From: Gemmatimonadales bacterium
Lineage (GTDB): Bacteria > Gemmatimonadota > Gemmatimonadetes > Gemmatimonadales > JACORV01
Direction of reading: 5' to 3'
Assembly (NCBI GenBank): GCA_036493755.1
Contig: DASXPG010000028.1
Location: 138-64,137 of the forward strand
DNA: 64,000 nt
Made by a program: the position numbers and the translations under genes. Below the pieces are notes generated by a model. It was not told where the DNA came from. It saw only the letters and a list, made by a program, of their open reading frames with translations, and made no database searches. Within the stretch, counting starts at the first letter, position 1. Each line of letters opens with the position of its first letter. Below are positions 9,524 through 19,402 of this stretch, in pieces.

Positions 9524-9565
9524 TGCATGCAGGCTCTAACTCGTCTATTCTTCGAATCTTGCGCC

Positions 9566-10162
9566 ATGTCTGACCTTATGCGACGGTACCCGTGGCTGAC
9601 GGCCCTCGCCGCCAGCGCCTGCCTCGTGGGCTGCGGCAGCGGCATCGACGTGCCGCCGGCCACCACGGCGGTTACCCAGCAGCAGATCCACCTCTATGCC
9701 ATCGCTGGTACGCCGGTCGGAACGCCGTCGGCCTACGACATGGTCCAGCTCGGCGAGGTGCAGATTTTCCGCAGCAACAGCTGGGACTATGTCTTCGATC
9801 TCGGTCCCGACAGCAGCTACGGCCTCGGCACCACCGGCGACACCATCGCGGTCATTCTGCCGCGAGGCTACTTCGGCTTCGCCGAGGACGGCGGCGTGAT
9901 CTGGACGCTGTCGTCGTTCGACTCGGTGCTGGTCGCCCCGATCATCGGCTACGAGCAAAAGAAGGCGACCCGCGTGCGCGCGGGGGACACCTTCCTTGTT
10001 TCCTCGCGTGCCCAGGCCTGCAACTTCGGCGTCAGCCGGCCGCTCTACGCCAAGGGCCTGATCCAGTCCATCGACCTGGTCACCCGCAGCGCGGTGATCC
10101 TCATGGAAGTCGATACCAACTGCGGATTCATCGGCCTCGGCATAGGCATTCCAACTCACTGA
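9566..10162 (+). CDS. Hypothetical lipoprotein
   Basis: Signal peptide plus lipobox (LTALAASACLVGCGSG). The start could be ATG 9566 or ATG 9578. No recognisable domain. Confidence 0.55.
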   Translation: MSDLMRRYPWLTALAASACLVGCGSGIDVPPATTAVTQQQIHLYAIAGTPVGTPSAYDMVQLGEVQIFRSNSWDYVFDLGPDSSYGLGTTGDTIAVILPRGYFGFAEDGGVIWTLSSFDSVLVAPIIGYEQKKATRVRAGDTFLVSSRAQACNFGVSRPLYAKGLIQSIDLVTRSAVILMEVDTNCGFIGLGIGIPTH

Positions 10163-10165
10163 CGG

Positions 10166-11458
10166 ATGATTGACGCGCGCGTCTTCAAGGACGCGGACGC
10201 CTACGCGGCAGCCCGGCAGGGGCTGACTCGCCGCGGCGACGCGGCCCTCGGAGCGCTGCTCGATGAGCTGCGCGCCGAAGATGAAAAGCGCCGCCGAGCC
10301 ATCGCCGAGGGCGAGGCGCTCAAGGCCGAGCAGAACACCAAGAGCAAGCTCGTTGCCGAGACCAAGAAGAAGGGCGGGGACGCCAGCGCGCTCCTCGCCG
10401 AGCTGGGCGATCTGTCCCGGCGCGCGAGCGAGAGGCAGTCGGCCGCCGATGCCGCCGATGCCGCTTTTCGCGCGCGCCTCCTCAACGTTCCCAACACCCC
10501 GGCTCCCGATGTCCAGGCCGGCGACGCCAGCCACAATACCGTGGTCCGCAATTGGGGCGATGTGCCGGCAGCGGCCGAGTGGCGCAAGCCGCACTGGGAT
10601 CTTGCCAAAGAGCTGGGCATTCTGGATTTCGAGCGCGCCGCCAAGCTTGCCGGGGCAGGCTTCCCGCTCTACGTCGGACTGGGGGCGCGGCTGGAGCGCG
10701 CGCTGATCACCTATCTGCTCCAGCTTCAGGCGCAGACCCACGGCTATACCGAAATCGCGCCGCCCTTTGTGGTGAATCGCGCCACGATGACCGGCACGGG
10801 CCAGCTGCCCAAATTCGAAGACGATCTCTATCGCACCAGCACCGATGATCTCTTTCTGATCCCGACCGCCGAGGTGCCGGTCACCAACCTGCATCGCGAT
10901 GAGATACTCGCCGCGAGCGACCTCCCCCGCCGGTATACCGCGTACACGCCCTGCTGGCGGCGCGAGGCCGGTGCGGCCGGCGCCGATACCCGCGGCATCT
11001 TGCGGGTGCATCAGTTCGACAAGGTCGAAATCGTCTGGTTCACCGAGCCGTCGAAGTCAGACGAGGCGCTCGAACAGCTCACGTCGCATGCCGAGATGGC
11101 GCTGCAGAACCTGGGCCTCCCGTATCGCGTGCTGAAACTCGCGACCGGTGATCTCGGGTTCGCCAACTATCGGACCTACGATCTGGAGACCTGGGCGCCG
11201 GGTGTCGGCAAGTGGCTCGAGGTGTCGAGTTGCTCCAGCTACGGCGATTTCCAGGCGCGCCGGATGAACATCCGGTATCGCGCGGCCGCGGGCGCCAAAC
11301 CCGAGTTCGTGCACACCCTCAACGGCTCGGCGCTCGGATTGGCGCGGACCTTCATCGCGGTGCTGGAGAACTACCAGGAGCCCGACGGCTCGATTCGCAT
11401 TCCCGATGTCCTCGTTCCGCTCATGGGCGTGGACCGCATCGGACCTGGTCGTGCGTGA
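10166..11458 (+). CDS. serS: Seryl-tRNA synthetase
   Basis: N-terminal coiled-coil arm followed by a class II core (TAEVPVTNLHRDEIL, CWRREAGAAG...RVHQFDKVE, NGSALGLARTFIAVLENYQ). Confidence 0.95.
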   Translation: MIDARVFKDADAYAAARQGLTRRGDAALGALLDELRAEDEKRRRAIAEGEALKAEQNTKSKLVAETKKKGGDASALLAELGDLSRRASERQSAADAADAAFRARLLNVPNTPAPDVQAGDASHNTVVRNWGDVPAAAEWRKPHWDLAKELGILDFERAAKLAGAGFPLYVGLGARLERALITYLLQLQAQTHGYTEIAPPFVVNRATMTGTGQLPKFEDDLYRTSTDDLFLIPTAEVPVTNLHRDEILAASDLPRRYTAYTPCWRREAGAAGADTRGILRVHQFDKVEIVWFTEPSKSDEALEQLTSHAEMALQNLGLPYRVLKLATGDLGFANYRTYDLETWAPGVGKWLEVSSCSSYGDFQARRMNIRYRAAAGAKPEFVHTLNGSALGLARTFIAVLENYQEPDGSIRIPDVLVPLMGVDRIGPGRA

Positions 11459-12620
11459 TTCGGTCCGCCTCGCATCGCGGCCGGTGACGCTCTGGTCGCT
11501 GCTCGGGGTCGCTTCCTTCCTCATTGTGGTGTTCGCGGTGATGGTCGCGCGCCACCTGACGCGCGATGCCCGGCGCGCCTCGCAGAGCTATGCCGAGGTG
11601 TTCCGCGGACTGGCCAGCGCCAGCGAGGGCGGCGCCACCGACGCCCTCTTCCAGCAGATGACCGAAATCCGCGAGCAGGGCATCCCTATCGTCGTGACCG
11701 ACTCGGCCGGCGTCGCGACCGATACCTCGAACATGCCCGAGCCGATGGCGCTCGACTCGCCCGCGATGCGCACCTTCATCGGCACCCTCGACCGCTTCAA
11801 CGCGCCGCTGGTCGAGCCGCAGATCGGCATCATCCATTTCGGCGCGCCGCCGGTGCGCCGCGCGCTGCGCTGGATTCTGGCATCGATGGTCGCGTCACTG
11901 CTGGCGCTCCTGGGTACGGGCGTGCTGGCCAGGCGGGTGCAGGTGAGGGCGGGGCAGGACCGGGTCTTCGTCGCCATGGCGCGCGAGTCGGCGCACCAGC
12001 TCGGGACACCGCTTACGTCGCTCGCGGGCTGGATCGAGCAGCTGCGGGGCAGCGGCGATGAAGCGACGCGCGAAGTCGCCGAACATCTCGCTGCCGATTA
12101 CCGGCGGCTGGAGCGGGTGTCGCGCCGCTTCGAGCGCATCGGCCAGCCGCCGCGGGAAGAGCGGGTGGATGTCGGCGCCCTGGCGACGGCCGCCGCCGCC
12201 TATTTCCGCCCCCGGATGCCGCGGCTCGCCAATGCGGTGCAGATCGACGTCTCGGTGGATAGCCAGGCGCCGGTGGTGAGCGGCGATCCGCTATTGCTGG
12301 AGTGGGCGCTGGAGGCGCTGGTCAAGAATGCCGTCGACGCTCTGCGCGGGCGCAGCGGAACGATTCACCTCACCGTTGGCGACGAGCCCGATAGCGTCGT
12401 GCTCACCGTGGAAGACGACGGCCCCGGCGTGCCGCAGCCCATCGCCACCGATCTGTTCGAGCCGGGGATCACGACCAAGACCGGCGGCTGGGGTCTGGGT
12501 CTCGCGCTGACGCGGCGCATCGTCGAAGAAGGATTTCACGGCCGCGTGCAGCTCGAGCCGTCGGCGATGGGTGGGGCGCGGTTCGCGATGCGGTTGCCGC
12601 GCGCGGCGGGGTCGGCGTGA
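11406..12620 (+). CDS. Sensor histidine kinase
   Basis: TM segments, H-box ESAHQLGTPLTSLAGWIEQL, and HATPase boxes (LVKNAVDAL, EDDGPGV, GGWGLGLALTRRIV). The start may instead be GTG 11451. The listed start overlaps serS by 53 nt. Confidence 0.85.
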   Translation: MSSFRSWAWTASDLVVRDSVRLASRPVTLWSLLGVASFLIVVFAVMVARHLTRDARRASQSYAEVFRGLASASEGGATDALFQQMTEIREQGIPIVVTDSAGVATDTSNMPEPMALDSPAMRTFIGTLDRFNAPLVEPQIGIIHFGAPPVRRALRWILASMVASLLALLGTGVLARRVQVRAGQDRVFVAMARESAHQLGTPLTSLAGWIEQLRGSGDEATREVAEHLAADYRRLERVSRRFERIGQPPREERVDVGALATAAAAYFRPRMPRLANAVQIDVSVDSQAPVVSGDPLLLEWALEALVKNAVDALRGRSGTIHLTVGDEPDSVVLTVEDDGPGVPQPIATDLFEPGITTKTGGWGLGLALTRRIVEEGFHGRVQLEPSAMGGARFAMRLPRAAGSA

Positions 12621-14839
12621 GCGTCGCGCTCAACGAGCCGCAGCGCGCCGCGGTCGAGCACGTCAGCGGGCCGATCCTGGTGCTGGCCGGCGCCGGCTCG
12701 GGAAAGACGCGGGTGCTGACGGCACGCATCGCGCGGCTGATCACCGAGCATGGTGTGGATCCGCGCCGCGTCCTCGCGGTGACCTTCACCAACAAGGCCG
12801 CGGCCGAGATGAAGCATCGCGTCGGCACGCTGCTGGGAAAGGAGCCGTCGGGGCTGTGGATCGGCACTTTCCATTCGATCTGCGGCCGGCTGCTGCGCCG
12901 CGAGGCCCCACACCTCGGCTTCACCCGATCCTTCACGATCTACGACCAGGACGACTCGGAGGCGCTGGTGCGCCGCGTGGTGGACGACCTCGGCCTGCCG
13001 CCCAAGCTGTACACCGCGCGCAGCATGCAGCACGAGATTTCGCGGGCCAAGAATGCGATGCAGACGCCGGAGCAGTACGCCGCCGATTCGTACGACCCGT
13101 ATCACGCCAACATCGCGCGGGTCTACGGCGAGACGGTCAAGGCGCTGCGCCGGGCCAACGCCATGGACTTCGACGATCTGCTGCTGCATCCGCTCGAGCT
13201 CTTCACCAATCATCCCGAGCGGCTGGCGGAGTACCGGGCGCGCTTCCAGTTCATCCTGGTCGATGAGTACCAGGACACCAACCGCGCCCAGTACAAGCTG
13301 CTCCAGATGCTGGCCGGCGAGCGCGCCAACATTTTCGTGGTCGGCGACGACGACCAGTCCATCTATGGATGGCGCGGGGCCGATCTGCGGAACATCCTGG
13401 AATTCCAGAAGGATTTTTCCGGCGCGACCCTGGTGCGGCTCGAGGAGAATTACCGTTCCACGCGGCCGATCCTCGAGGTGGCCAACAGCGTCATCGCCGC
13501 CAATCGCGGCCGCATCGGCAAGACGTTGCACACCCGGCGGCCGGGTGGCGAGCGCGTCACCGTGGTGCGCGCCGCCGACGAGCGCGACGAAGCCGAGTGG
13601 CTGGTGCGCGAGTTCGGCCAGCGGGTCCGCACCGGCGACCTCCAGTACGAGGATATCGCCGTCCTGGTCCGCACCAACGCGCAGACCCGGGCCTTCGAGG
13701 AAGAGCTGCGCCGCAACGGCATACCGTATCGGGTGGTGGGCGCGGTCAGTTTCTACGAGCGCCGCGAAGTGAAGGACCTGATGGCGTATCTGCGGCTCAT
13801 CGTCAATCGCGATGACGACGAGGCCTTCAACCGGGCGGTGTCGGTGCCGCGCCGCGGCATCGGCGAGACCAGTCTCGTGGCGTTAGGCGCCGCGGCGAAG
13901 CAGTGGTCGTGGTCGATGCACAAGGCGGCGTCGGCGGCGGGACGGGTCAGCGACCTGAAGCCGAGGGCGCGTGAAGCGCTGATCCAGTTCGCCGCCGACA
14001 TCGACGCGATCGGCGCCGAGCTGGGCGCGCTGCAGCCATCGGAGGCGCTGCGCGGCATCATCCAGCGGCTGAGTTACGACAAGTACCTGCTGGAAGAAGA
14101 CGAGACCGGTCCGGAGCGGGTCGAAAACGTGAACGAGCTGGTGAACGCCGCGGCCGCCTGGTCGGAGGAGTGGGGCGTGCCCGCCGCCGACGAAGAGGGG
14201 ACGCCGCTGGAGCGTTTCGTGGCGCAGGCCGCGCTCACCTCGCGAGCCGAGGTTGGCGGCGACAAGCGGGGCCTCACGTTGATGACGCTGCACGCGGCCA
14301 AGGGGCTCGAGTTCAACCTCGTCGCCGTCGCCGGAATGGAAGAGGGACTTTTCCCGTTGTCGCGCGCCGAATCGCAGGAAGACATCGAGGAGGAGCGGCG
14401 CCTGGCGTACGTCGGCATCACCCGGGCGCGAGACAAGTTGTTTCTCTCCTACGCCGTCGCCCGGCGGCGCACCGGTCAGCTCTTGCCGGCATTTCCGTCG
14501 CGGTTCCTCGCCGACGTCCCGCCGTCGCTGGTGGAGGATCGCGTGACGCGGCCGTCGTGGGGCATGGCCCGTGAGCCGCGCCGCCAGCCGGTGGTACGCC
14601 GCGCCGCGCCGATGGCACTGGGGAGCGACATCGAGGACGCCTATCCCGACGTGAACGACGACACGCCGCTGTTCGTGAAAGGGGAGCGGGTGAAGCATCG
14701 CCGCTTCGGATCGGGCACGATCGAGTCGGTGGCCGGCCGCGGACGCGATCTCAAGGTCGCCGTGACCTTCGACGATGATACCGTGGGCCTCAAGCAGCTG
14801 CTGGCTGTCTATGCCGGCCTGGAAAGGGAGATCGAATGA
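12617..14839 (+). CDS. uvrD: ATP-dependent DNA helicase, UvrD/PcrA family
   Basis: Walker A motif LAGAGSGKTRVLT, motif II VDEYQDTN, and VGDDDQSIYGWRGA. GTG start in a GTGA overlap with the kinase stop. Confidence 0.93.
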   Translation: MSVALNEPQRAAVEHVSGPILVLAGAGSGKTRVLTARIARLITEHGVDPRRVLAVTFTNKAAAEMKHRVGTLLGKEPSGLWIGTFHSICGRLLRREAPHLGFTRSFTIYDQDDSEALVRRVVDDLGLPPKLYTARSMQHEISRAKNAMQTPEQYAADSYDPYHANIARVYGETVKALRRANAMDFDDLLLHPLELFTNHPERLAEYRARFQFILVDEYQDTNRAQYKLLQMLAGERANIFVVGDDDQSIYGWRGADLRNILEFQKDFSGATLVRLEENYRSTRPILEVANSVIAANRGRIGKTLHTRRPGGERVTVVRAADERDEAEWLVREFGQRVRTGDLQYEDIAVLVRTNAQTRAFEEELRRNGIPYRVVGAVSFYERREVKDLMAYLRLIVNRDDDEAFNRAVSVPRRGIGETSLVALGAAAKQWSWSMHKAASAAGRVSDLKPRAREALIQFAADIDAIGAELGALQPSEALRGIIQRLSYDKYLLEEDETGPERVENVNELVNAAAAWSEEWGVPAADEEGTPLERFVAQAALTSRAEVGGDKRGLTLMTLHAAKGLEFNLVAVAGMEEGLFPLSRAESQEDIEEERRLAYVGITRARDKLFLSYAVARRRTGQLLPAFPSRFLADVPPSLVEDRVTRPSWGMAREPRRQPVVRRAAPMALGSDIEDAYPDVNDDTPLFVKGERVKHRRFGSGTIESVAGRGRDLKVAVTFDDDTVGLKQLLAVYAGLEREIE

Positions 14840-14875
14840 CGACGCACGACATACGACGCACGACGCACGACCTTC
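14838..14875 (+). repeat. Tandem heptamer repeat (GACGCAC-type, about 5 units) in the uvrD-gatC spacer
   Basis: Reads gac|gacgcac|gacatac|gacgcac|gacgcac|gaccttc and fills almost the entire spacer between the uvrD stop (14837-14839) and the gatC ATG (14877). Confidence 0.85.
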
Positions 14876-14876
14876 C

Positions 14877-15176
14877 ATGAGCGTGACCAGAGAGCAGATC
14901 CGGCGGATTGCCGAGCTTGCCGAGCTGGCGGTGGACGACGCCGCCGCCGCCGAGCTCGAGGTGCAGCTCAACCGGATTCTTGGCTATGTCGAGCAGCTGG
15001 GCGAGCTGCCCAAGGACGACACCGCCCACGACGAGCGCGCCGTGACGCTGCGCCGCGACGAGCCCTCGGCGGACACGCTCCTCGATCGCCCCAATCACTG
15101 GGCGCCGGCGATGAAAGGCGATCTCTTCGTGGTGCCGCGGCTCGGCGAAGGCGAAGGCCCCGAGGAAGAAGAATGA
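14877..15176 (+). CDS. gatC: Asp/Glu-tRNA amidotransferase subunit C
   Basis: MSVTREQIRRIAELAELAVDDAAAAELEVQLNRILGYVEQL is typical GatC. I chose the ATG at 14877 inside the listed ORF. ATGA overlap with gatA. Confidence 0.9.
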   Translation: MSVTREQIRRIAELAELAVDDAAAAELEVQLNRILGYVEQLGELPKDDTAHDERAVTLRRDEPSADTLLDRPNHWAPAMKGDLFVVPRLGEGEGPEEEE

Positions 15177-16558
15177 TTCCCTCGCGTGACATCGCCACCA
15201 CCGCGGCAAAGCGAATCAAGGCCTGCGAGGACAAGGGACTTCATGCCTTCCTGGACTGGTCCGAGGCCGCGATGCTGGCGCAGGTCGAGCGGCTGCATCC
15301 GGCCGATGATGCGCTGCTGGGCGGCCGGGCGGTGGCGCTGAAGTCCAACATCTGCGAGGCCGACTACCAGACCAACTGTGGCTCGAAGATTCTCGAGGGA
15401 TGGCATTCGCCGTTCGAAGCGACCGCGGTGAAGCGGCTGCGCGAGCACGGCGCCATCGTCGCGGGGAAGACCACCTGCGACGAGTTCGCCATGGGCTCCT
15501 CGACCGAGCACTGTGCGTTCGGCCCGGCGAAGAATCCGATCGATCCGGAGCGGGTGCCTGGCGGTTCCTCGGGCGGCTCGGCCGTCGCGGTGGCCGCGGG
15601 GGCGGTGGACATGGCCCTGGGCTCCGAGACCGGCGGATCGGTCCGCCAGCCGGCGGCCTTCTGCGGCGTGGTGGGCATCAAGCCTACTTATGGAAGGGTC
15701 AGCCGCTACGGCCTGGTCGCCTTCGGCAGCTCGCTCGACCAGATCGGCACCTTCGGCCGCGACGTAAAGAGCGCCGCGCTGCTGCTGTCGGCCATCAGCG
15801 GCCGCGATCCGCGGGACGCGACCACCCTGGATCGCGTGCCGCTCACGCCTCCGGGACCGGCGCCGGCATCGCTCGCAGGAACGGTGATCGGCGTGCCGCG
15901 GGAATATTTTCCCGAGGGGCTCCATCCCGGGGTGAAAGCGGCCTGCGACCGGTCCCTCGCCACGCTCAAGTCGTTAGGCGCCCAGCTGCGCGACGTGTCG
16001 CTGCCACATACGAAGTACGCCATTCCGACCTACTACATCATCGCGCCGGCCGAAGCCAGCTCGAACCTGGCCCGCTACGACGGCGTGCGGTACGGGTTGC
16101 GCGCGCCGGGCCCCGACGTGCGGACGATGTACCGCGCGAGCCGCGGCGCGGGATTCGGCGCCGAGGTGCGGCGGCGCGTGCTGCTCGGCACCTACGTGCT
16201 GAGCGCCGGTTACTACGACGCTTACTACCGCCAGGCGCAGCGGACGCGGGCGAGAATCCGCGGCGATTTCGAGCAGGTGTTTGCTTCCGGCGTCCACGCA
16301 CTCTTCACGCCGACCACGCCGACCCCCGCCTTCAAGTTCGGCGAGAACACCGCGGACCCGCTGGCCATGTACCTGAGCGACATCTTCGTCTGCACCGCCA
16401 ACCTGGCCTGGGTGCCGGCATTGTCGTTGCCCATCGGGCGGGACCAGGGGTTGCCGATCGGCGGACAGTTCATCGGCGCCGAGGAAGGGGAAGGGACGAT
16501 CATCCGCATCGCCCAGGCCCTGGAAGCCGCGACCAATGCGACCGCGGAGGTCCGGTGA
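15173..16558 (+). CDS. gatA: Asp/Glu-tRNA amidotransferase subunit A
   Basis: Amidase signature (GGSSGGSAVAVAAG...GSETGGSVRQPAAFCG) and position between gatC and gatB. Confidence 0.95.
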   Translation: MIPSRDIATTAAKRIKACEDKGLHAFLDWSEAAMLAQVERLHPADDALLGGRAVALKSNICEADYQTNCGSKILEGWHSPFEATAVKRLREHGAIVAGKTTCDEFAMGSSTEHCAFGPAKNPIDPERVPGGSSGGSAVAVAAGAVDMALGSETGGSVRQPAAFCGVVGIKPTYGRVSRYGLVAFGSSLDQIGTFGRDVKSAALLLSAISGRDPRDATTLDRVPLTPPGPAPASLAGTVIGVPREYFPEGLHPGVKAACDRSLATLKSLGAQLRDVSLPHTKYAIPTYYIIAPAEASSNLARYDGVRYGLRAPGPDVRTMYRASRGAGFGAEVRRRVLLGTYVLSAGYYDAYYRQAQRTRARIRGDFEQVFASGVHALFTPTTPTPAFKFGENTADPLAMYLSDIFVCTANLAWVPALSLPIGRDQGLPIGGQFIGAEEGEGTIIRIAQALEAATNATAEVR

Positions 16559-18012
16559 GCGGCGCCTGGGAGACGGTGGTCGGGCTGGAGGTCCACGTCC
16601 AGCTGCTGACCCGGACCAAGATGTTCTGCGGTTGCTCGGCGGCCTACGGCGACCCGCCCAACACCAACGTCTGCCCCGTCTGCCTGGGGTTGCCGGGGGC
16701 GCTGCCGGTGCCTAACGAGTACGCCATCCGGCTGGCGGCGCGCGCCGCCTATGCGCTGGGGTGCACGGTACATCCGCGGTCGGTCTTCGCGCGCAAGAAC
16801 TATTTCTATCCCGATCTTCCCAAGGGCTACCAGATCTCCCAGTTCGACGAGCCCCTGGCCACCGCCGGACAGCTCGAGATCGTGTCGGAGACGCGGGGCC
16901 CGCTGACGGTGGGAATCACCCGGCTGCACCTGGAAGAAGACGCCGGGAAGAGCTTCCATGACCGCTTTCCCGGGCTCACCGCGGTGGACTTCAACCGGTC
17001 CGGCGTGCCGCTCATCGAAATCGTCAGCCAGCCCGATCTGCGCTCACCCGCCGAGGCGCGGGCCTATCTCGTGGCGCTCAAGCAGGTATTGCGCTGGCTC
17101 GGCGTGAGCGACTGCAACATGGAGGAGGGGTCGCTGCGGGTGGACGCGAACCTGTCGATCCGCCGACTCGGCGATCCGTTAGGCACGCGCACCGAAGTCA
17201 AGAACATGAACTCCTTCAGCGGCGTCGAGCGTGCGCTCACCGTGGAGCGGGAGCGCCAGGTCGCCTTGGTGGAGTCGGGCGGAAAGGTGGTGCAGGCCAC
17301 GCTCACCTTCGATGCCGCGAAGGGCGAGGTGCGGGCGATGCGCACGAAGGAAGAGAGCCACGATTACCGCTACTTCCCCGAGCCGGATCTTCCGCCGCTG
17401 GTGCTGGCGCCGGCGTGGCTCACGAGCGAGGAGAACAGCTTGCCCGAGCTGCCGGCGGCGCTGCGCCGCAGATTCCAGGATTCCTACGGCATCGGCGCGG
17501 GCGAAGCGGCGGTCGTCGCGGCCACGGCCGGTGTGGCCTCGCACTTCGAGCGACTCGCCCAACTCCTGGGCGAGGGGGCGGGGAAGGAAGCCTGGAACTG
17601 GGAAGCAAATGAGGTGCTGACCCATAGCGACGGCGAGATCGTCCCCGAGGCGCTGACGCCCGAACGGATTGCCGAGGTCGTGGTCCTGGTTCGCGCCGGG
17701 ACCGTCAGTCGCCAGGCGGCGAAGAAGGTTCTCGCCGAGATGCTGGCAAACCCGGCACCGGCCGCGGAGATCGCGTCGGCCCTCGGCCTGGTGCAGGTGC
17801 AAGACAGTTCGGCGATCGACAGCTGGGTCGCGGAGACATTGGCGGCGCATCAGAACGAAGTCGCGCGCTACAAGGCCGGCGAAACGAAGGTCCTGGGATT
17901 CCTCACCGGGCAGGTGATGAAGCGATCGAAGGGCAAGGCCGACCCCAAGGCGGTCGGAGCCGCCCTGGCGAAGGCCCTGGCCGGCTTAAGCGACGGACCC
18001 GCGACCGCCTAA
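16555..18012 (+). CDS. gatB: Asp/Glu-tRNA amidotransferase subunit B
   Basis: WETVVGLEVHVQLLTRTKMFCGCS..., YFYPDLPKGYQISQ, and a C-terminal GatB/YqeY domain. GTG start at 16555 in a GTGA overlap with gatA. The upstream part of the listed 870-aa ORF is an out-of-frame overlap with gatA. Confidence 0.95.
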   Translation: MSGAWETVVGLEVHVQLLTRTKMFCGCSAAYGDPPNTNVCPVCLGLPGALPVPNEYAIRLAARAAYALGCTVHPRSVFARKNYFYPDLPKGYQISQFDEPLATAGQLEIVSETRGPLTVGITRLHLEEDAGKSFHDRFPGLTAVDFNRSGVPLIEIVSQPDLRSPAEARAYLVALKQVLRWLGVSDCNMEEGSLRVDANLSIRRLGDPLGTRTEVKNMNSFSGVERALTVERERQVALVESGGKVVQATLTFDAAKGEVRAMRTKEESHDYRYFPEPDLPPLVLAPAWLTSEENSLPELPAALRRRFQDSYGIGAGEAAVVAATAGVASHFERLAQLLGEGAGKEAWNWEANEVLTHSDGEIVPEALTPERIAEVVVLVRAGTVSRQAAKKVLAEMLANPAPAAEIASALGLVQVQDSSAIDSWVAETLAAHQNEVARYKAGETKVLGFLTGQVMKRSKGKADPKAVGAALAKALAGLSDGPATA

Positions 18013-18923
18013 CGCCAGGGCCGCTCCAGCGGATTTTGCGCCCAGTAGCCCAGGTCCTGTCTCGGCACGCCGAAGTGCTCCTCGGCCACATGCACCACGC
18101 GCTCCGGCTCGCGGCGCCCGCCGGTTTCGAGCGCCAGCCGCCGCATCCGCTTGGCCGCGTTGAGGGCGTCGTGCCCCGACGGATCCGACCGGCGCGCCAG
18201 CGCGGTGTCGCCTTTGATCAGCAGGTCCATCACGTAGTCGAAGCTCACCGCCATGTGCCGCTCCACCACGGTGTCTTCGAGTCCCCAACGGCTCGCCTCG
18301 GCCGCTATCTGCACCACACGATTCCAGCTCGCCAGGTCGCCCAGCTGCACCATGCCGCGGAACAGCCGCCGGTTGGTGCGGAGGCTGAAGATCGTCGGCG
18401 AGAGGATGCGGTCGAGGTGCGCGTCGTTTTCGCGATGGTCGAACTGGATCACTTCATACGCGCGGCGGCCGTAGGTCTCGCCGATGTACATGTCGAAGCG
18501 CGCTTCCCAGTACGAGTGCCCCAGCGCCTTGGTGCTCGAGGTCACGACGAGCTGGCGCGGCACATAGTGGTTGTGCGCGACCACGTCGGCGGCGAGGTGC
18601 GCCAGGTAGCCGAGGCCGAAGGCGCGCAACCGCTCGCTGCCGGCGAGGTCGTAGATCTCCTGGCCGACGTGCCACGAGTGGCTGTGCCGTCCGACCGGGA
18701 CGTACTTCTTGGCGAACGAGGTGTCGGCGGCGATGGAGCCGTACAGAAAATCGACCGGGTAGGCCCGCAGCAGCTCGGCGACGGAACCGGGAAGGAGCGG
18801 GATGTTGGCGAGGACCGACTGGCCGAGGAAAATGTGCGTGCCCGGCGACCATGCCCACGCGTGGGATGGATGCAACACGATCAGCAGCGTAACGACGGCG
18901 GCGATGACCAGCGTCCGTCGCAC
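18009..18923 (-). CDS. Secreted zinc-dependent phospholipase C-like family protein
   Basis: A signal peptide followed by [13 protein letters not shown] and several His-rich boxes ([20 protein letters not shown]). The family assignment is from memory of PF00882-like proteins. The stop overlaps the gatB stop within the octamer GCCTAACG. Confidence 0.55.
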   Translation of the reverse strand: MRRTLVIAAVVTLLIVLHPSHAWAWSPGTHIFLGQSVLANIPLLPGSVAELLRAYPVDFLYGSIAADTSFAKKYVPVGRHSHSWHVGQEIYDLAGSERLRAFGLGYLAHLAADVVAHNHYVPRQLVVTSSTKALGHSYWEARFDMYIGETYGRRAYEVIQFDHRENDAHLDRILSPTIFSLRTNRRLFRGMVQLGDLASWNRVVQIAAEASRWGLEDTVVERHMAVSFDYVMDLLIKGDTALARRSDPSGHDALNAAKRMRRLALETGGRREPERVVHVAEEHFGVPRQDLGYWAQNPLERPWR

Positions 18924-18931
18924 CGGGTTCC

Positions 18932-19348
18932 TCAGTCGCCCGCGCCGCGCCGCCGCTGGAAAGCCCTGCGGGCCACGCCGAGGACGCCGCCCGCCTGGCG
19001 CGCCGTGCGCATGAATGCGGCGACTTCGAGCGCGGTGTCCTGCGCTTCCTCCTGGAGCACTTCGACGAGGGCGTCGAGATCCTGGAGCCGGCCCTCAACG
19101 GAATCGATGCCGCGCTGGAGCTTCATCCGCGTCTCGGCGCTGAGCGTGGCGAAGCCTTCGATCTCGCCTTTGACCCGGCCGGTGATCTGGTGCGCATCGT
19201 CGGTGATCTTGTGGAGCTTCTGCTGGAGCCTCTCGAGCTGGCGGTGCGCGGAGAGGACGACGTAGACCATGGTGCCGCCCAGCGTCGCGCAGCTGAAAGC
19301 GATGACGACCAGCGACAATGCAATCGTCGGACCAATCCAGGTCGGCAT
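18932..19348 (-). CDS. Small membrane-anchored coiled-coil protein (DUF948/YtxH-like)
   Basis: Only the last 138 codons of the 634-aa listed ORF are plausible. They begin at ATG 19348 ([25 protein letters not shown]) with a TM helix, then a heptad-like coiled coil. The rest of the ORF is antisense to murA. Confidence 0.55.
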   Translation of the reverse strand: MPTWIGPTIALSLVVIAFSCATLGGTMVYVVLSAHRQLERLQQKLHKITDDAHQITGRVKGEIEGFATLSAETRMKLQRGIDSVEGRLQDLDALVEVLQEEAQDTALEVAAFMRTARQAGGVLGVARRAFQRRRGAGD

Positions 19349-19402
19349 GGGTGCAAGGTAATCGGCTTGCTGAGGGCTCCGCCACCGCGTAACGTCCGGC
19401 GC

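Noticed and set aside
15400-16554. N-terminal extension of the 870-aa ORF containing gatB
   Set aside because: It is an out-of-frame overlap of gatA. GatB homology begins at GTG 16555, in a GTGA overlap with the gatA stop.
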